Below are positions 9,598-18,685 of a stretch of 56,194 nucleotides of DNA, in pieces (position 1 is the first letter of the stretch; each line of letters begins with the position of its first letter). A program made the translations under genes and the position numbers. Under the pieces are notes generated by a model, which was not told where the DNA came from, made no database searches, and saw nothing but the letters and a program-made list of their open reading frames with translations. The stretch is from Terrimicrobiaceae bacterium (GTDB lineage: Bacteria > Verrucomicrobiota > Verrucomicrobiia > Chthoniobacterales > Terrimicrobiaceae). The stretch lies in NCBI GenBank assembly GCA_036525175.1, contig DATDAX010000076.1, positions 1 to 56,194 of the forward strand. Reading direction: 5' to 3'.

Positions 9598-10980
9598 ATG
9601 CTACAGATCTTACAGGCTTACGATAGGTCCCCGATTGCTGAAGTGGAGACCGAGGACGGCGACGTGCTGGATGCGAAGCTGGATCTGGCTGCGCGCGCCT
9701 TCCGCGATCGCGATCACTGGCTGAAGCCGCACGAGCGCATCGAAATGCTCTATCGGCTTGCTTCCCTGATGGAGCCGATGCGGGAAAAGTTCAGCCAGCT
9801 CATCGCTCAGGAGGGCGGGAAGCCACTTGCGGATGCGATCGTTGAGACCAACCGCGCGATCGACGGCGTCAGAAACGCGGCCGAGGAGCTGCGCAATTTC
9901 GCGGGCCGAGAGATCCCGATGGGGCTGACTGCGGCCAGCGCTAACCGATGGGCCTTCACGACTAAAGAGCCGATCGGTGTTGTCGCCGCAATCTCAGCCT
10001 TCAACCATCCGCTTAATCTGATCGTGCACCAAGTGGTGCCGGCGATCGCCACCGGCTGCCCGGTTATCGTAAAGCCTGCTCCGGCAACTCCGCTCTGCGG
10101 CATAGAATTCGTGAGGCTTGTGCGCGAGGCAGGCCTTGCCGAACCATGGTGCCAAACATTCCTGCCTAGTGAGAACGCGGTCGCGGAGCGGCTGGCAACC
10201 GATCCGCGGGTTGCCTTTCTCAGCTTCATCGGCTCGGCACGGGTAGGATGGTATTTGCACAGCAAGCTGGCACCCGGCGCACGCTGCGCCCTCGAGCATG
10301 GCGGAGCAGCCCCGGCGATCGTCGACCGGAGTGCCGACCTCGACCAGGTAATCGAGCCACTCGTCAAGGGTGGCTACTACCATGCCGGTCAGGTGTGCGT
10401 CTCGACCCAGCGCATCTTCGTACACGCCGACATTCAGGCGGAGTTCGTCGAACGTTTTGTTGCGCGGGTCAAAGCGCTGCGTGTTGGCGACCCCCTCTCT
10501 CTCGAAACCGAGGTGGGCCCGCTGATCCACCCGCGGGAGGCGGACCGGGTCCAATCCTGGATTGAGGAGGCGGCTACTGGAGGCGGGCGCATCGCGGTGG
10601 GCGGCGAGCGCCTTTCGGCAACCACCCTGCGCCCGGCGGTCCTGCTGCAGCCCCCTGCGAGTTCGAAAATCTCACGCGACGAGGTGTTTGGTCCCCTCAC
10701 CTGCATCTACAGCTTCACGAAACTGGACGAGGCGATCAAGGCAGCCAATAGCCTGCCCGTCGCCTTCCAGGCGAGCATTTTCACCCGGGACATCGGTCCT
10801 GCGCTCCGCGCAGCAGAGCGCCTGGATGCCTCGGCAGTGATGGTCAATGACCACACCGCTTTCCGCACCGACTGGATGCCCTTCGCTGGGCGACGGCACT
10901 CGGGCTGTGGCATTGGTGGGATTCCATGGTCGATGCGCGAGATGACCCAAGAGAAGATGATCGTCCTAAGGCAGGCCTGA
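9598..10980 (+). CDS. Aldehyde dehydrogenase family protein
   Basis: ALDH fold motifs are present: FNHPLN, VKPA..TP, LEHGG (Glu region) and the GQVCVSTQR catalytic Cys region. It starts 5 nt after the TPP gene stop. Confidence 0.88.
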   Translation: MLQILQAYDRSPIAEVETEDGDVLDAKLDLAARAFRDRDHWLKPHERIEMLYRLASLMEPMREKFSQLIAQEGGKPLADAIVETNRAIDGVRNAAEELRNFAGREIPMGLTAASANRWAFTTKEPIGVVAAISAFNHPLNLIVHQVVPAIATGCPVIVKPAPATPLCGIEFVRLVREAGLAEPWCQTFLPSENAVAERLATDPRVAFLSFIGSARVGWYLHSKLAPGARCALEHGGAAPAIVDRSADLDQVIEPLVKGGYYHAGQVCVSTQRIFVHADIQAEFVERFVARVKALRVGDPLSLETEVGPLIHPREADRVQSWIEEAATGGGRIAVGGERLSATTLRPAVLLQPPASSKISRDEVFGPLTCIYSFTKLDEAIKAANSLPVAFQASIFTRDIGPALRAAERLDASAVMVNDHTAFRTDWMPFAGRRHSGCGIGGIPWSMREMTQEKMIVLRQA

Positions 10981-11123
10981 AACGTAGTAGTCTCTGCGAC
11001 TCCCTTCCGCGACTACGCTTGGTTGGGCGCCGAAGCATTTTTGCGAGGAGAGTGCCTGGCTCGTCGCCTGAAAAATGGCGACGGCCACCACTCCTTGATT
11101 TCCCGTTCGAAGGAGCGACGTCG

Positions 11124-12641
11124 TCAAAGCGTTGGAGGATTGGCCGTGGCAATCGCAGGCTTGGCGGCAATACGTCGCCAGATAGGCGGGCAAATGAGCA
11201 CCAGCGCCGTAATCGCCAAGATCGTGGCGGAAATCGGCTGCGTGACGAAGATCGACAAATCGCCCTGGCTGATCGCGAGCGCTCTGCGGAACTGCTGTTC
11301 GGCCATCGGCCCGAGGATCATGCCAATGAGAACCGGCGCGACCGGAATGTCAAAGCGCCGCATCAGGAAACCCATCAGCCCGATGGTGAAGAGCAACAGG
11401 AGGTCGAACCAGGAATTGCGTATGCCGTAAGTACCGAGCGTGGCGAAAACCAGAATGCCGGCGTAGAGCAGTGGGCGCGGGATCGACAACAGTTTTACCC
11501 ACACCCCCACCAACGGCAGATTGAGGATTAGCAGTATCACGTTGCCCACATACATGCTGGCAATCAAACCCCAGATGAGTAATGGCTGGGTCTCGAACAG
11601 GAGCGGCCCCGGTTGCAGACCCCATTGCTGGAATGCAGCGAGAATGATCGCCGCAGTGCCAGTGGTGGGCAGTCCCAGGGTGAGCAGAGGCACCAACGTG
11701 CCGCTCGCCGACGCATTGTTGGCGGCTTCCGGCCCGGCGACACCTTCGATAGCACCCTTGCCGAATTCCTCGGGATGATTAGTCAGCTTCTTCTCGATCG
11801 CGTAGGAGAGAAAAGTGGGGATTTCCGCACCACCAGCGGGCAGGGCGCCGAACGGGAAGCCCAATGCCGTGCCACGCAGCCACGGTTTCCAAGAGCGCGC
11901 CCAATCGGACTTGCTCATCCAGATCGAGCCCTTCATTTGTTCGAGCGTGGCTTTCTGGCGGTTGAGGTAAGTCGCAACATAGAGGGTCTCACCCACCGCG
12001 AATAGTCCCACTGCAACCACAACTACATCGATGCCGTCGAAGAGTTCCGGAATTCCCATAGTAAATCGGGCCTGGCCGGTCTGGCTGTCAACGCCGATGA
12101 GCCCGATCACCAGACCGAGAAACAAGCTGGCCAGACCACGTACCGCGGACGCTCCGAGCACAGCGGACACCGTGGTAAACGACAATACCATCACTGCGAA
12201 ATACTCGGCCGGACCAAACTTTAACGCGATTTTCACCACAAACGGCGCCATTACCGTAAGGAGAATCGTCGCAATCGTTCCGGCGACGAAAGAGCCAATG
12301 GCCGAGGTGGACAGGGCCGGGCCGGCGCGGCCACGCTTGGCCATCATGTTGCCTTCCATGGCGGTAACAATGGTTGACGATTCTCCCGGAGTGTTGAGCA
12401 GAATCGACGATGTCGAGCCTCCAAACATGGCACCGTAGTAAATCCCGGCGAACATAATCAGCGCACCGGTCGGATCCAGATTAGAGGTGGCTGGCAGCAG
12501 CAAGGCAATGGTCAATGCCGGACCGATCCCCGGCAGAACGCCCACCGCCGTGCCTAGGGTGACGCCGATGAATCCCCACAGGAGGTTCCTCAGAGTGAGC
12601 GCGACGGCAAAACCCTCCATCAATGCGCTGAAGGTATCCAT
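11124..12641 (-). CDS. tctA: Tripartite tricarboxylate transporter, large permease TctA
   Basis: 505-aa polytopic protein with an N-terminus ([36 protein letters not shown]) typical of TctA. It follows tctB with a 9-nt gap. Confidence 0.9.
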   Translation of the reverse strand: MDTFSALMEGFAVALTLRNLLWGFIGVTLGTAVGVLPGIGPALTIALLLPATSNLDPTGALIMFAGIYYGAMFGGSTSSILLNTPGESSTIVTAMEGNMMAKRGRAGPALSTSAIGSFVAGTIATILLTVMAPFVVKIALKFGPAEYFAVMVLSFTTVSAVLGASAVRGLASLFLGLVIGLIGVDSQTGQARFTMGIPELFDGIDVVVVAVGLFAVGETLYVATYLNRQKATLEQMKGSIWMSKSDWARSWKPWLRGTALGFPFGALPAGGAEIPTFLSYAIEKKLTNHPEEFGKGAIEGVAGPEAANNASASGTLVPLLTLGLPTTGTAAIILAAFQQWGLQPGPLLFETQPLLIWGLIASMYVGNVILLILNLPLVGVWVKLLSIPRPLLYAGILVFATLGTYGIRNSWFDLLLLFTIGLMGFLMRRFDIPVAPVLIGMILGPMAEQQFRRALAISQGDLSIFVTQPISATILAITALVLICPPIWRRIAAKPAIATANPPTL

Positions 12642-12650
12642 GCTACGCCC

Positions 12651-13139
12651 TCAGAAAGGTCCGGCAGGCAGGCTCAAGCCCAACACGCCCGTGAACAGGA
12701 AGAAGGTAACCGTGGATAGCGCTGCCGCTATCCCCAAGTCGCGCCACGGCTTCCGACTGCCGAAGCCACGTGCGACCACCACAAACAGCCCGGTGGAGGC
12801 GATGATGAAGCCCGCCCAGCCGATCAACACCATGTGCAGGATCACGCCCGCGCCGATAACAAAAAATGCCACCCAATCCGGGGCGTCATGCCCTTCCTGG
12901 TCGAGCGGCACGTTGCGCCAGCCACCGGACAGGGCATGCCAGCCCAGAACCGCGCCACACAGGGTAAAGCCGACACCGATGATGTATGGAAAGAGCCGCG
13001 GCCCGACCTGCGCGTAGTCCTGGGTCTCCGCGATGCTCTGGGTGTCATATACAACAAGGGAACCGAGGGCGAAGAGCGCAAGGGATATAAGCAGCTCGCC
13101 TGGACGGATCGGCGATCGTTCTGTATTTCGTTCGGGCAT
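12651..13139 (-). CDS. tctB: Tripartite tricarboxylate transporter small subunit TctB
   Basis: Small four-helix membrane protein between tctC and tctA. The ORF extends to 13292, but the ATG at 13139 (MPERNTERSPIRPGELLISL...) gives a TctB-sized product. The start is uncertain. Confidence 0.7.
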   Translation of the reverse strand: MPERNTERSPIRPGELLISLALFALGSLVVYDTQSIAETQDYAQVGPRLFPYIIGVGFTLCGAVLGWHALSGGWRNVPLDQEGHDAPDWVAFFVIGAGVILHMVLIGWAGFIIASTGLFVVVARGFGSRKPWRDLGIAAALSTVTFFLFTGVLGLSLPAGPF

Positions 13140-13361
13140 CTGAGCCTGGCGGCTGACATCTGGATTGGCAGGCGTCGATTCTTCTGAAACGGGGGCAGTG
13201 GAGGAACCGCGGACGGGGAATCTAGATGTACGCATTTGACGCGGGGGTTGTTCATGAAGATCGCCGAAACCCTGCGTTGCCGCTACCGTCAACGCATGGG
13301 ATCGTGGTTCCGAGTGTTAGACTTGGATCGACTCGCGCTGGTAGCGCCTTGGAGCCTCGCG

Positions 13362-13460
13362 CTGGTAGGGCGCGCTGGCTCAGCGCGCCTTCCCTCTCCT
13401 CTCTCTCTCCTCCTCCTCTCTCTCTCCTCCAAGGCGCGCTGAGCCAGCGCGCCCTACCAG
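13362..13460. repeat. Perfect 30-bp inverted repeat enclosing a 39-nt homopyrimidine (mRNA-sense homopurine) loop, between tctC and tctB
   Basis: The left arm ctggtagggcgcgctggctcagcgcgcctt (13362-13391) is the exact reverse complement of the right arm at 13431-13460. The loop at 13392-13430 contains only C and T. Confidence 0.95.
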
Positions 13461-13468
13461 CAGCGGGA

Positions 13469-14452
13469 CTATTTTTTAGCCAGGCCCAGGTCTTCCATGA
13501 CTTTTCCGATTCGGGCCTGATCGCCATCGAGAAAAGCCTTGAATTGATCTCCCGCCAGGAACAGGTCAGTCCAATTATTCCGTTCCAGCGTCTGCTGCCA
13601 GGATGGCGTCTTGACTGCCTTTTCCACTATGGCGATGAGTTCATGTTTCTGCGCATCGGTAATGCCGGGCGCCGCGAATACGGCGCGCCAGTTGACCATC
13701 TCGACGTCCACCCCTTGTTCCTTGAGCGTGGGAATATCGACGCTGGGAATCCGCTTGTCGCCCGAGACGGCGAGGGCGCGTAGTTTTCCCGACTTGATCT
13801 GGCCGGCGAATTCACCGTAGCCGCTGATGCCTGCCGCCACATGGCCGCCCATGATCGCCGCTTGCGCTTCGCCGCCGCCGGCATAGGCGATGTAGTTGAT
13901 CCTGGTGGGTTCCACGCCCACGGCCCGGGCGATCAACGCCGCCAGGATGTGATCCGATCCACCAGCAGAACCGCCGCCCCACGCCACCCTGCCGGGATTG
14001 GCCTTGAATTGGGCGATCAGTTCCTCCATCGACTGGATCTTTGAGCTGCCTGGCACCACTACGACTTCGTATTCCCCCACCAGGCGCGCGATCGGCGTGA
14101 CATGGGACAGATTGATGGGCGATTTGTGAGAATGGATCGCCCCTACCATGACCATTCCACCAATCATCAGCGCCTTGGGGTTACCCTTGTTGGAGTTGAC
14201 AAACTGGGCAAGCCCGATGGTGCCACCGGCGCCACCTCTATTATCTACGGTGATTTTCTTGACGACGTTGCCGCTTTGGAGAGCGGCCTGCAAGGCGCGC
14301 CCTGTCTGGTCCCAACCTCCACCCGGTGCAGCCGGAACCAGAATCTTCAAGCTGTCGATGGCCAGAGCCTGGTGCGCGATGGAAAGACTCAGCATGAGTG
14401 CCGTAGCTGTGAGTGTTAGGGTACGAATGGATTTCAGGCGCGAGACTTTCAT
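13469..14452 (-). CDS. tctC: Tripartite tricarboxylate transporter substrate-binding protein TctC (Bug family)
   Basis: Has a signal peptide (MKVSRLKSIRTLTLTATALMLSLSIAHQALA) and Bug-family motifs (VDNRGGAGGTIG, INYIAYAGGGEA). Confidence 0.9.
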   Translation of the reverse strand: MKVSRLKSIRTLTLTATALMLSLSIAHQALAIDSLKILVPAAPGGGWDQTGRALQAALQSGNVVKKITVDNRGGAGGTIGLAQFVNSNKGNPKALMIGGMVMVGAIHSHKSPINLSHVTPIARLVGEYEVVVVPGSSKIQSMEELIAQFKANPGRVAWGGGSAGGSDHILAALIARAVGVEPTRINYIAYAGGGEAQAAIMGGHVAAGISGYGEFAGQIKSGKLRALAVSGDKRIPSVDIPTLKEQGVDVEMVNWRAVFAAPGITDAQKHELIAIVEKAVKTPSWQQTLERNNWTDLFLAGDQFKAFLDGDQARIGKVMEDLGLAKK

Positions 14453-14456
14453 ACCT

Positions 14457-14760
14457 TAGAATTTCACGGTGGCATTGAGTGAGAATACATCAACCGCGTT
14501 CATATCGGCTATGGCCGCTCCCTGCGTGGCCTGCCCGCCGACCAGGTTGTCTCGCAGCTTGCCGAGCTTGAACGACACATCGCCCGGAGCGGTATGATCG
14601 CGAGATCTCGAGTTTCACCTGAAACACCCTGCAAATCGGTGAACGGGTTCGAGTTGAGCGCACCGCTCACGTCAGCTGCATTATAGACCATGAATCGCGG
14701 CGCAAGAGTGTTGATGAGGAGCGTCGATCAAGGCGCAAGAGTGAATCCACCAACGTGCAA
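14457..14760 (-). pseudogene. Frameshifted fragment of an outer-membrane beta-barrel (porin-like) gene
   Basis: On the minus strand, two frames read ...FMVYNAADVSGALNSNPFTDLQGVSGE and ...DVSFKLGKLRDNLVGGQATQGAAIADMNAVDVFSLNATVKF*. The second ends with a typical terminal aromatic residue. No intact ORF spans the two. Confidence 0.35.
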
Positions 14761-14867
14761 GGGGCGACATCGTCAGAGTCAAGTTTGACAACAGACCTCG
14801 CTGGGTGTCGCCAGGATAGCCCAACGGTTGTTCAGATTCGCGCGTGTCGCGTCAAGCGGAGCGATCA

Positions 14868-16214
14868 TCAGAAGTTTACACGGAAATGCACGCCCAGGAC
14901 GGTGGCATTGTCCACGACACCGGCGCCGCCGGGCCGGATCACGTATTCAACAAACGGCTGGACGTAGGCCCATTTGTTGAGCTGAATTCGGTAGTCGCAT
15001 TCCAGCAGGGCTTCGTAAGTTTGAACGGGAAGATTGTTCGCTTCCTGGATGGTTTGATTGTCTTCGCTGAAATTGCCGTATGCAAAGGCCACTCCAACTT
15101 GATCCCGGTCGCGGGAGGGAATCAGACCTTTGTAGATCAGCCCCGTGTTGAAATAGAATGGTCTCAGGCCGTTGTAGCTCGGCGCATAGTGGAACCACGA
15201 AAACCAGGTCAGGCCTTGGTCGCTGAGCTTGGGTTTCGTCGCAGCCGCGGTCGCCTTAAAGGATTTCGCGTCTCCGCTTTTCTCCTGCACAGTGGGCGCC
15301 GACGGTTCGCGCCAGAGCATCTGCGCCGCCTGCCAGTAAAAACCGTATTTCCCGGGATTGGTGTCGCCGTTGAACGACTCGTTCTCGATCCCCCAGTAAT
15401 AGCCACCGAAGACGTATTTGCCGGGAAGCTTTGCCGGCCCCAGCTTGGGCGTCACGCCTGTCTCGCCAATGAACCACAAGCCGTTGTGGCCGGGCGAGCC
15501 GTCGAAATCCAGCCCGCGGTTCCCCGTTCCGGTGCCATCGGGAAACGCCATGTACAAGCCTGCCATTGCGTAATACCAGTCCGTCGGTTTGACTTTCACA
15601 TACCCTCCCCACGCCGCATAACTCGACGACCACTCAACATCATTGGCGCTGATTCCCTTATTGTCGATGATGCCGTTGTTGCGGAAAAACTTCGATTCGG
15701 GCTGTTGTGCAAAAATATCGTTGGGATTCTGCCATCCACCCGAGATGGTTAAGAACTCCTTTTTGCCAAATAGCTCCGGTGTCGTGTAGGTCAGATAGAA
15801 GGGCATGAGGCGCCACCCATGGCCACTTCGATAGCTCACCGGACTGAACAGGCTTGTCGTCCCGATGAATGGATTAATGAGCTCGCCGTCACGCCAGCGC
15901 CCGCCGGCGGAAAAGGTGAGACCCTCCAGCGCGTCCCATCCGCTGAGCTTGGCAAAGTCAACGTCGAGCTCGAAAAGGACTTGCTCAACAAAGGTGCCGC
16001 GGTGTTCAAGCCCGCCCGCGACCGCGCCGGCAAATACGCTGGACCAATGCCCGGAAAAATCGATACCCCGGTCCTCGAGCGTCGGGCGGACACCAAACAG
16101 GTCACCCGCGGCCCCTTTTCCCTTCCACCATCCTTCGAGGGACTGGGTTTCGGCCCGCAGCAGAGAGAATGAAAACGTCAGGAAACCAAAAGTAAAACGA
16201 AAGAGCTTGTTCAT
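14868..16214 (-). CDS. Carbohydrate-selective porin, OprB family
   Basis: Has a signal peptide (MNKLFRFTFGFLTFSFSLLRA), the OprB-like N-terminal LFG.RP.L...GI.F motif, alternating beta-strand sequence and a C-terminal ...VHFRVNF. Confidence 0.82.
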   Translation of the reverse strand: MNKLFRFTFGFLTFSFSLLRAETQSLEGWWKGKGAAGDLFGVRPTLEDRGIDFSGHWSSVFAGAVAGGLEHRGTFVEQVLFELDVDFAKLSGWDALEGLTFSAGGRWRDGELINPFIGTTSLFSPVSYRSGHGWRLMPFYLTYTTPELFGKKEFLTISGGWQNPNDIFAQQPESKFFRNNGIIDNKGISANDVEWSSSYAAWGGYVKVKPTDWYYAMAGLYMAFPDGTGTGNRGLDFDGSPGHNGLWFIGETGVTPKLGPAKLPGKYVFGGYYWGIENESFNGDTNPGKYGFYWQAAQMLWREPSAPTVQEKSGDAKSFKATAAATKPKLSDQGLTWFSWFHYAPSYNGLRPFYFNTGLIYKGLIPSRDRDQVGVAFAYGNFSEDNQTIQEANNLPVQTYEALLECDYRIQLNKWAYVQPFVEYVIRPGGAGVVDNATVLGVHFRVNF

Positions 16215-17055
16215 GGAGGTCGTCAGGTTTGTTATTAAGTTATGCTAAGTTTAGTGGCAAGAACGCACCCACTCTGGATGAGGCCGCTTACACGGAGCTT
16301 AATCCGACCTGAAATCTCGTTCAGATTCGCGAACTAACTGGGTCTCATCTGAGAGGCCGGCTGCGACCGAAAGGCTCCTTGCTACGACCCGTTTCTCCGG
16401 ATCTTTCCTGTCACGATGTCATCTGCTAATCCAGGCTATCCTGCAGGAAGCGGAATGCTGGACTGACTGCCTAGCCAGGCGATCCCGAAACAATAAGGAC
16501 GGTCGCCAACGCTTCGACGCGGAGTCCGCTCACGATTTCTACACCGATAAATTTCTCGTTCAACTTTTTGCGGAAGACACCCAGTTCAAATACAAGCATC
16601 GCAGCGGCGAAAACAGGAATGTGGATAGGTCATGTCAGCCAACCTGTCCAATTGGATGAGCTGGCGACCTTCCTGGCGAGCGTCAACTATGCCGTACGCC
16701 TCCGCATGCTGCGAAAACTGAACAACTTTTCATGCACAATTAAGCTTAATTAAGGGAACACGATCCATACTCACCAAAGCTAATTAACCGAACAAGTCGT
16801 CGGTAGCTCGAACATTCCCCCAGTATGGCTCAACCCAATTCCACGTTCCCAGTCGACCTGACTTTCGTCTCCCGAGGCGAAGCCCCCCAGTTTTCGCCAA
16901 GCCGTAGTTAAGGCTCCCCTCAACCCCACTACGAACCCCGATGTTTTCTCGGGCGCACGCGCCCACAGAGACCACCACGTCAATCATTCCAGTCACGCAG
17001 ATCCATGCGCCGGCTACCCTCGGCGCCCAAACAACCCGTTCCGAGACCCATCTAT

Positions 17056-18393
17056 ATGCAAACTAATTTAATAACGATTCTAGCCTTCTCGATGATCATT
17101 GTGTTCATGGCCCTAATCATGACGAAGCGCATGTCCGTACTGACTGCGCTGATCGTGGTGCCGATAGCGTTTGCGCTGCTGGGTGGATTTGGCTTCGCTG
17201 AAATCGGGCCGATGATGCTCACCGGCGTCAAGGCCATTGCCCCCACTGCCGCCATGCTGATGTTTGCCATCCTGTATTTTGGGATCATGATCGATGTGGG
17301 CCTCTTCGATCCCGTGGTCAAGCTGGTTTTGCGTGCAGTGCATGGTGACCCAGTGCGGATCCTAATCGGAACGGCGGTCCTGGCGCTGACTGTCTCCTTG
17401 GACGGCGATGGTTCGACGACCTACCTCATCGTTACCGCTGCGATGCTTCCGCTCTATACGCGGCTCGGCATGAACCGGTTAATGCTCGCCAGCGTCATTA
17501 TGATGGCTGGCGGTGTGATGAACATACTGCCGTGGGGCGGGCCGACAGCTCGTGCGGCGGCAGCTCTCAAGGTCGACCCCGGCCATCTCTTCGTGCCCAT
17601 GATTCCCGCGATGATTGCAGGCTCCGCATGGGTGATTTTCGTGGCATACCTGTTCGGGCGCACGGAGCGTCGGCGGCTGGGCGTAATCGATCCTCAGACC
17701 CTGGGCGAAGTCCATGCAGTGACTGTCGACGAAACGGAAAACGATGCCACGAGCGGCATCCGGCGGCCAAAGCTGTTTTGGATTAATGTGGTTCTGACCG
17801 CGGCGCTGATGGTTGGACTTTTTCTGGGGGTGTTGCCGCTTTCAGTGCTGTTCATGATCGCAGCCGCTCTCGCCCTGATCATCAACTACCCCTCGCTCCA
17901 GGAGCAAAGAGAGCGCATTGAGCACCACGCCGGGAACATCCTCTCCGTTGTGTCGGTTATTCTTGCAGCCGGCGTTCTCACCGGCATTCTATCGGGGACG
18001 AAAATGGTCGATGCGATGGCCAACAGCGTCGTCGCGCTCGTGCCGGATGCCATGGGCCCGTACCTTGCGATCATCACGGCCGTGCTCAGCCTGCCATTCA
18101 CCTTTTTCATTTCGAACGACGCGTTCTATTACGGTGTTGTTCCGATTCTTAGCCACGCTGCGTCGGCCTACGGCATCAGCGCAGCGGAGATCGGGCGGGC
18201 GTCCCTCGTGGGTCAGCCGGTGCATCTCCTCAGCCCGCTCGTGCCTTCCACCTACCTGCTCGTCGCCCTCGCCGGGGTTGACTTCGGCGATCATCAGCGA
18301 TTCACATTGAAGTGGACCCTTATCACGTCGTTCATCCTGTTGGCGATCGGCATGGCCATGGCAATCATCCCACTGGCGGGATGCGCGAAATGA
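17056..18393 (+). CDS. CitMHS-family citrate:metal:H+ symporter
   Basis: The N-terminus ILAFSMIIVFMALIMTKRMSVLTALIVVPIAFALLGGFG closely resembles Bacillus CitM/CitH as I remember them. Polytopic, about 445 aa. The ATG at 17056 is preferred. Confidence 0.88.
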   Translation: MQTNLITILAFSMIIVFMALIMTKRMSVLTALIVVPIAFALLGGFGFAEIGPMMLTGVKAIAPTAAMLMFAILYFGIMIDVGLFDPVVKLVLRAVHGDPVRILIGTAVLALTVSLDGDGSTTYLIVTAAMLPLYTRLGMNRLMLASVIMMAGGVMNILPWGGPTARAAAALKVDPGHLFVPMIPAMIAGSAWVIFVAYLFGRTERRRLGVIDPQTLGEVHAVTVDETENDATSGIRRPKLFWINVVLTAALMVGLFLGVLPLSVLFMIAAALALIINYPSLQEQRERIEHHAGNILSVVSVILAAGVLTGILSGTKMVDAMANSVVALVPDAMGPYLAIITAVLSLPFTFFISNDAFYYGVVPILSHAASAYGISAAEIGRASLVGQPVHLLSPLVPSTYLLVALAGVDFGDHQRFTLKWTLITSFILLAIGMAMAIIPLAGCAK

Positions 18394-18685
18394 CGGACGC
18401 TCCGGGGCGCATCCTTGTCGCGTTTAGGGCTGTCGCTCCACATGGAGTATGCCCCTCACGGCGAATAGAGCGTGCATCCCTTCAATGGATGATACGGAGC
18501 CACGCGGCCCTCTGTCACTCGATGGAAATCGAAACAAGAGGGCCGAGGCGGTGCCGCATTCAGTCGACTGTCGACTTGTCATCCGACTTGGAAATGCCAT
18601 TTTGTTTCGATTTGAACCGCTGCATTCCCGAAAGATACCGACCGAATCTGGAGTTGCAGTAAAGCGATCGCCGCATATCAACCTC

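Noticed and set aside
13226-13783. 185-aa + strand ORF, and the 91-aa minus-strand ORF (13252-13527), across the tct hairpin.
   Set aside because: Both read through the inverted repeat and polypyrimidine loop and overlap tctC antisense. They are artefacts of the palindrome.
14844-15752. 302-aa + strand ORF, one of many similar long ORFs (e.g. 27517-28437 -, 8891-9493 -, 45905-46567 -, 48862-49452 -, 810-1472 -).
   Set aside because: They lie antisense to, or out of frame within, strongly supported genes. They have Arg/Pro/Gly-rich, low-complexity translations typical of shadow ORFs in high-GC DNA.
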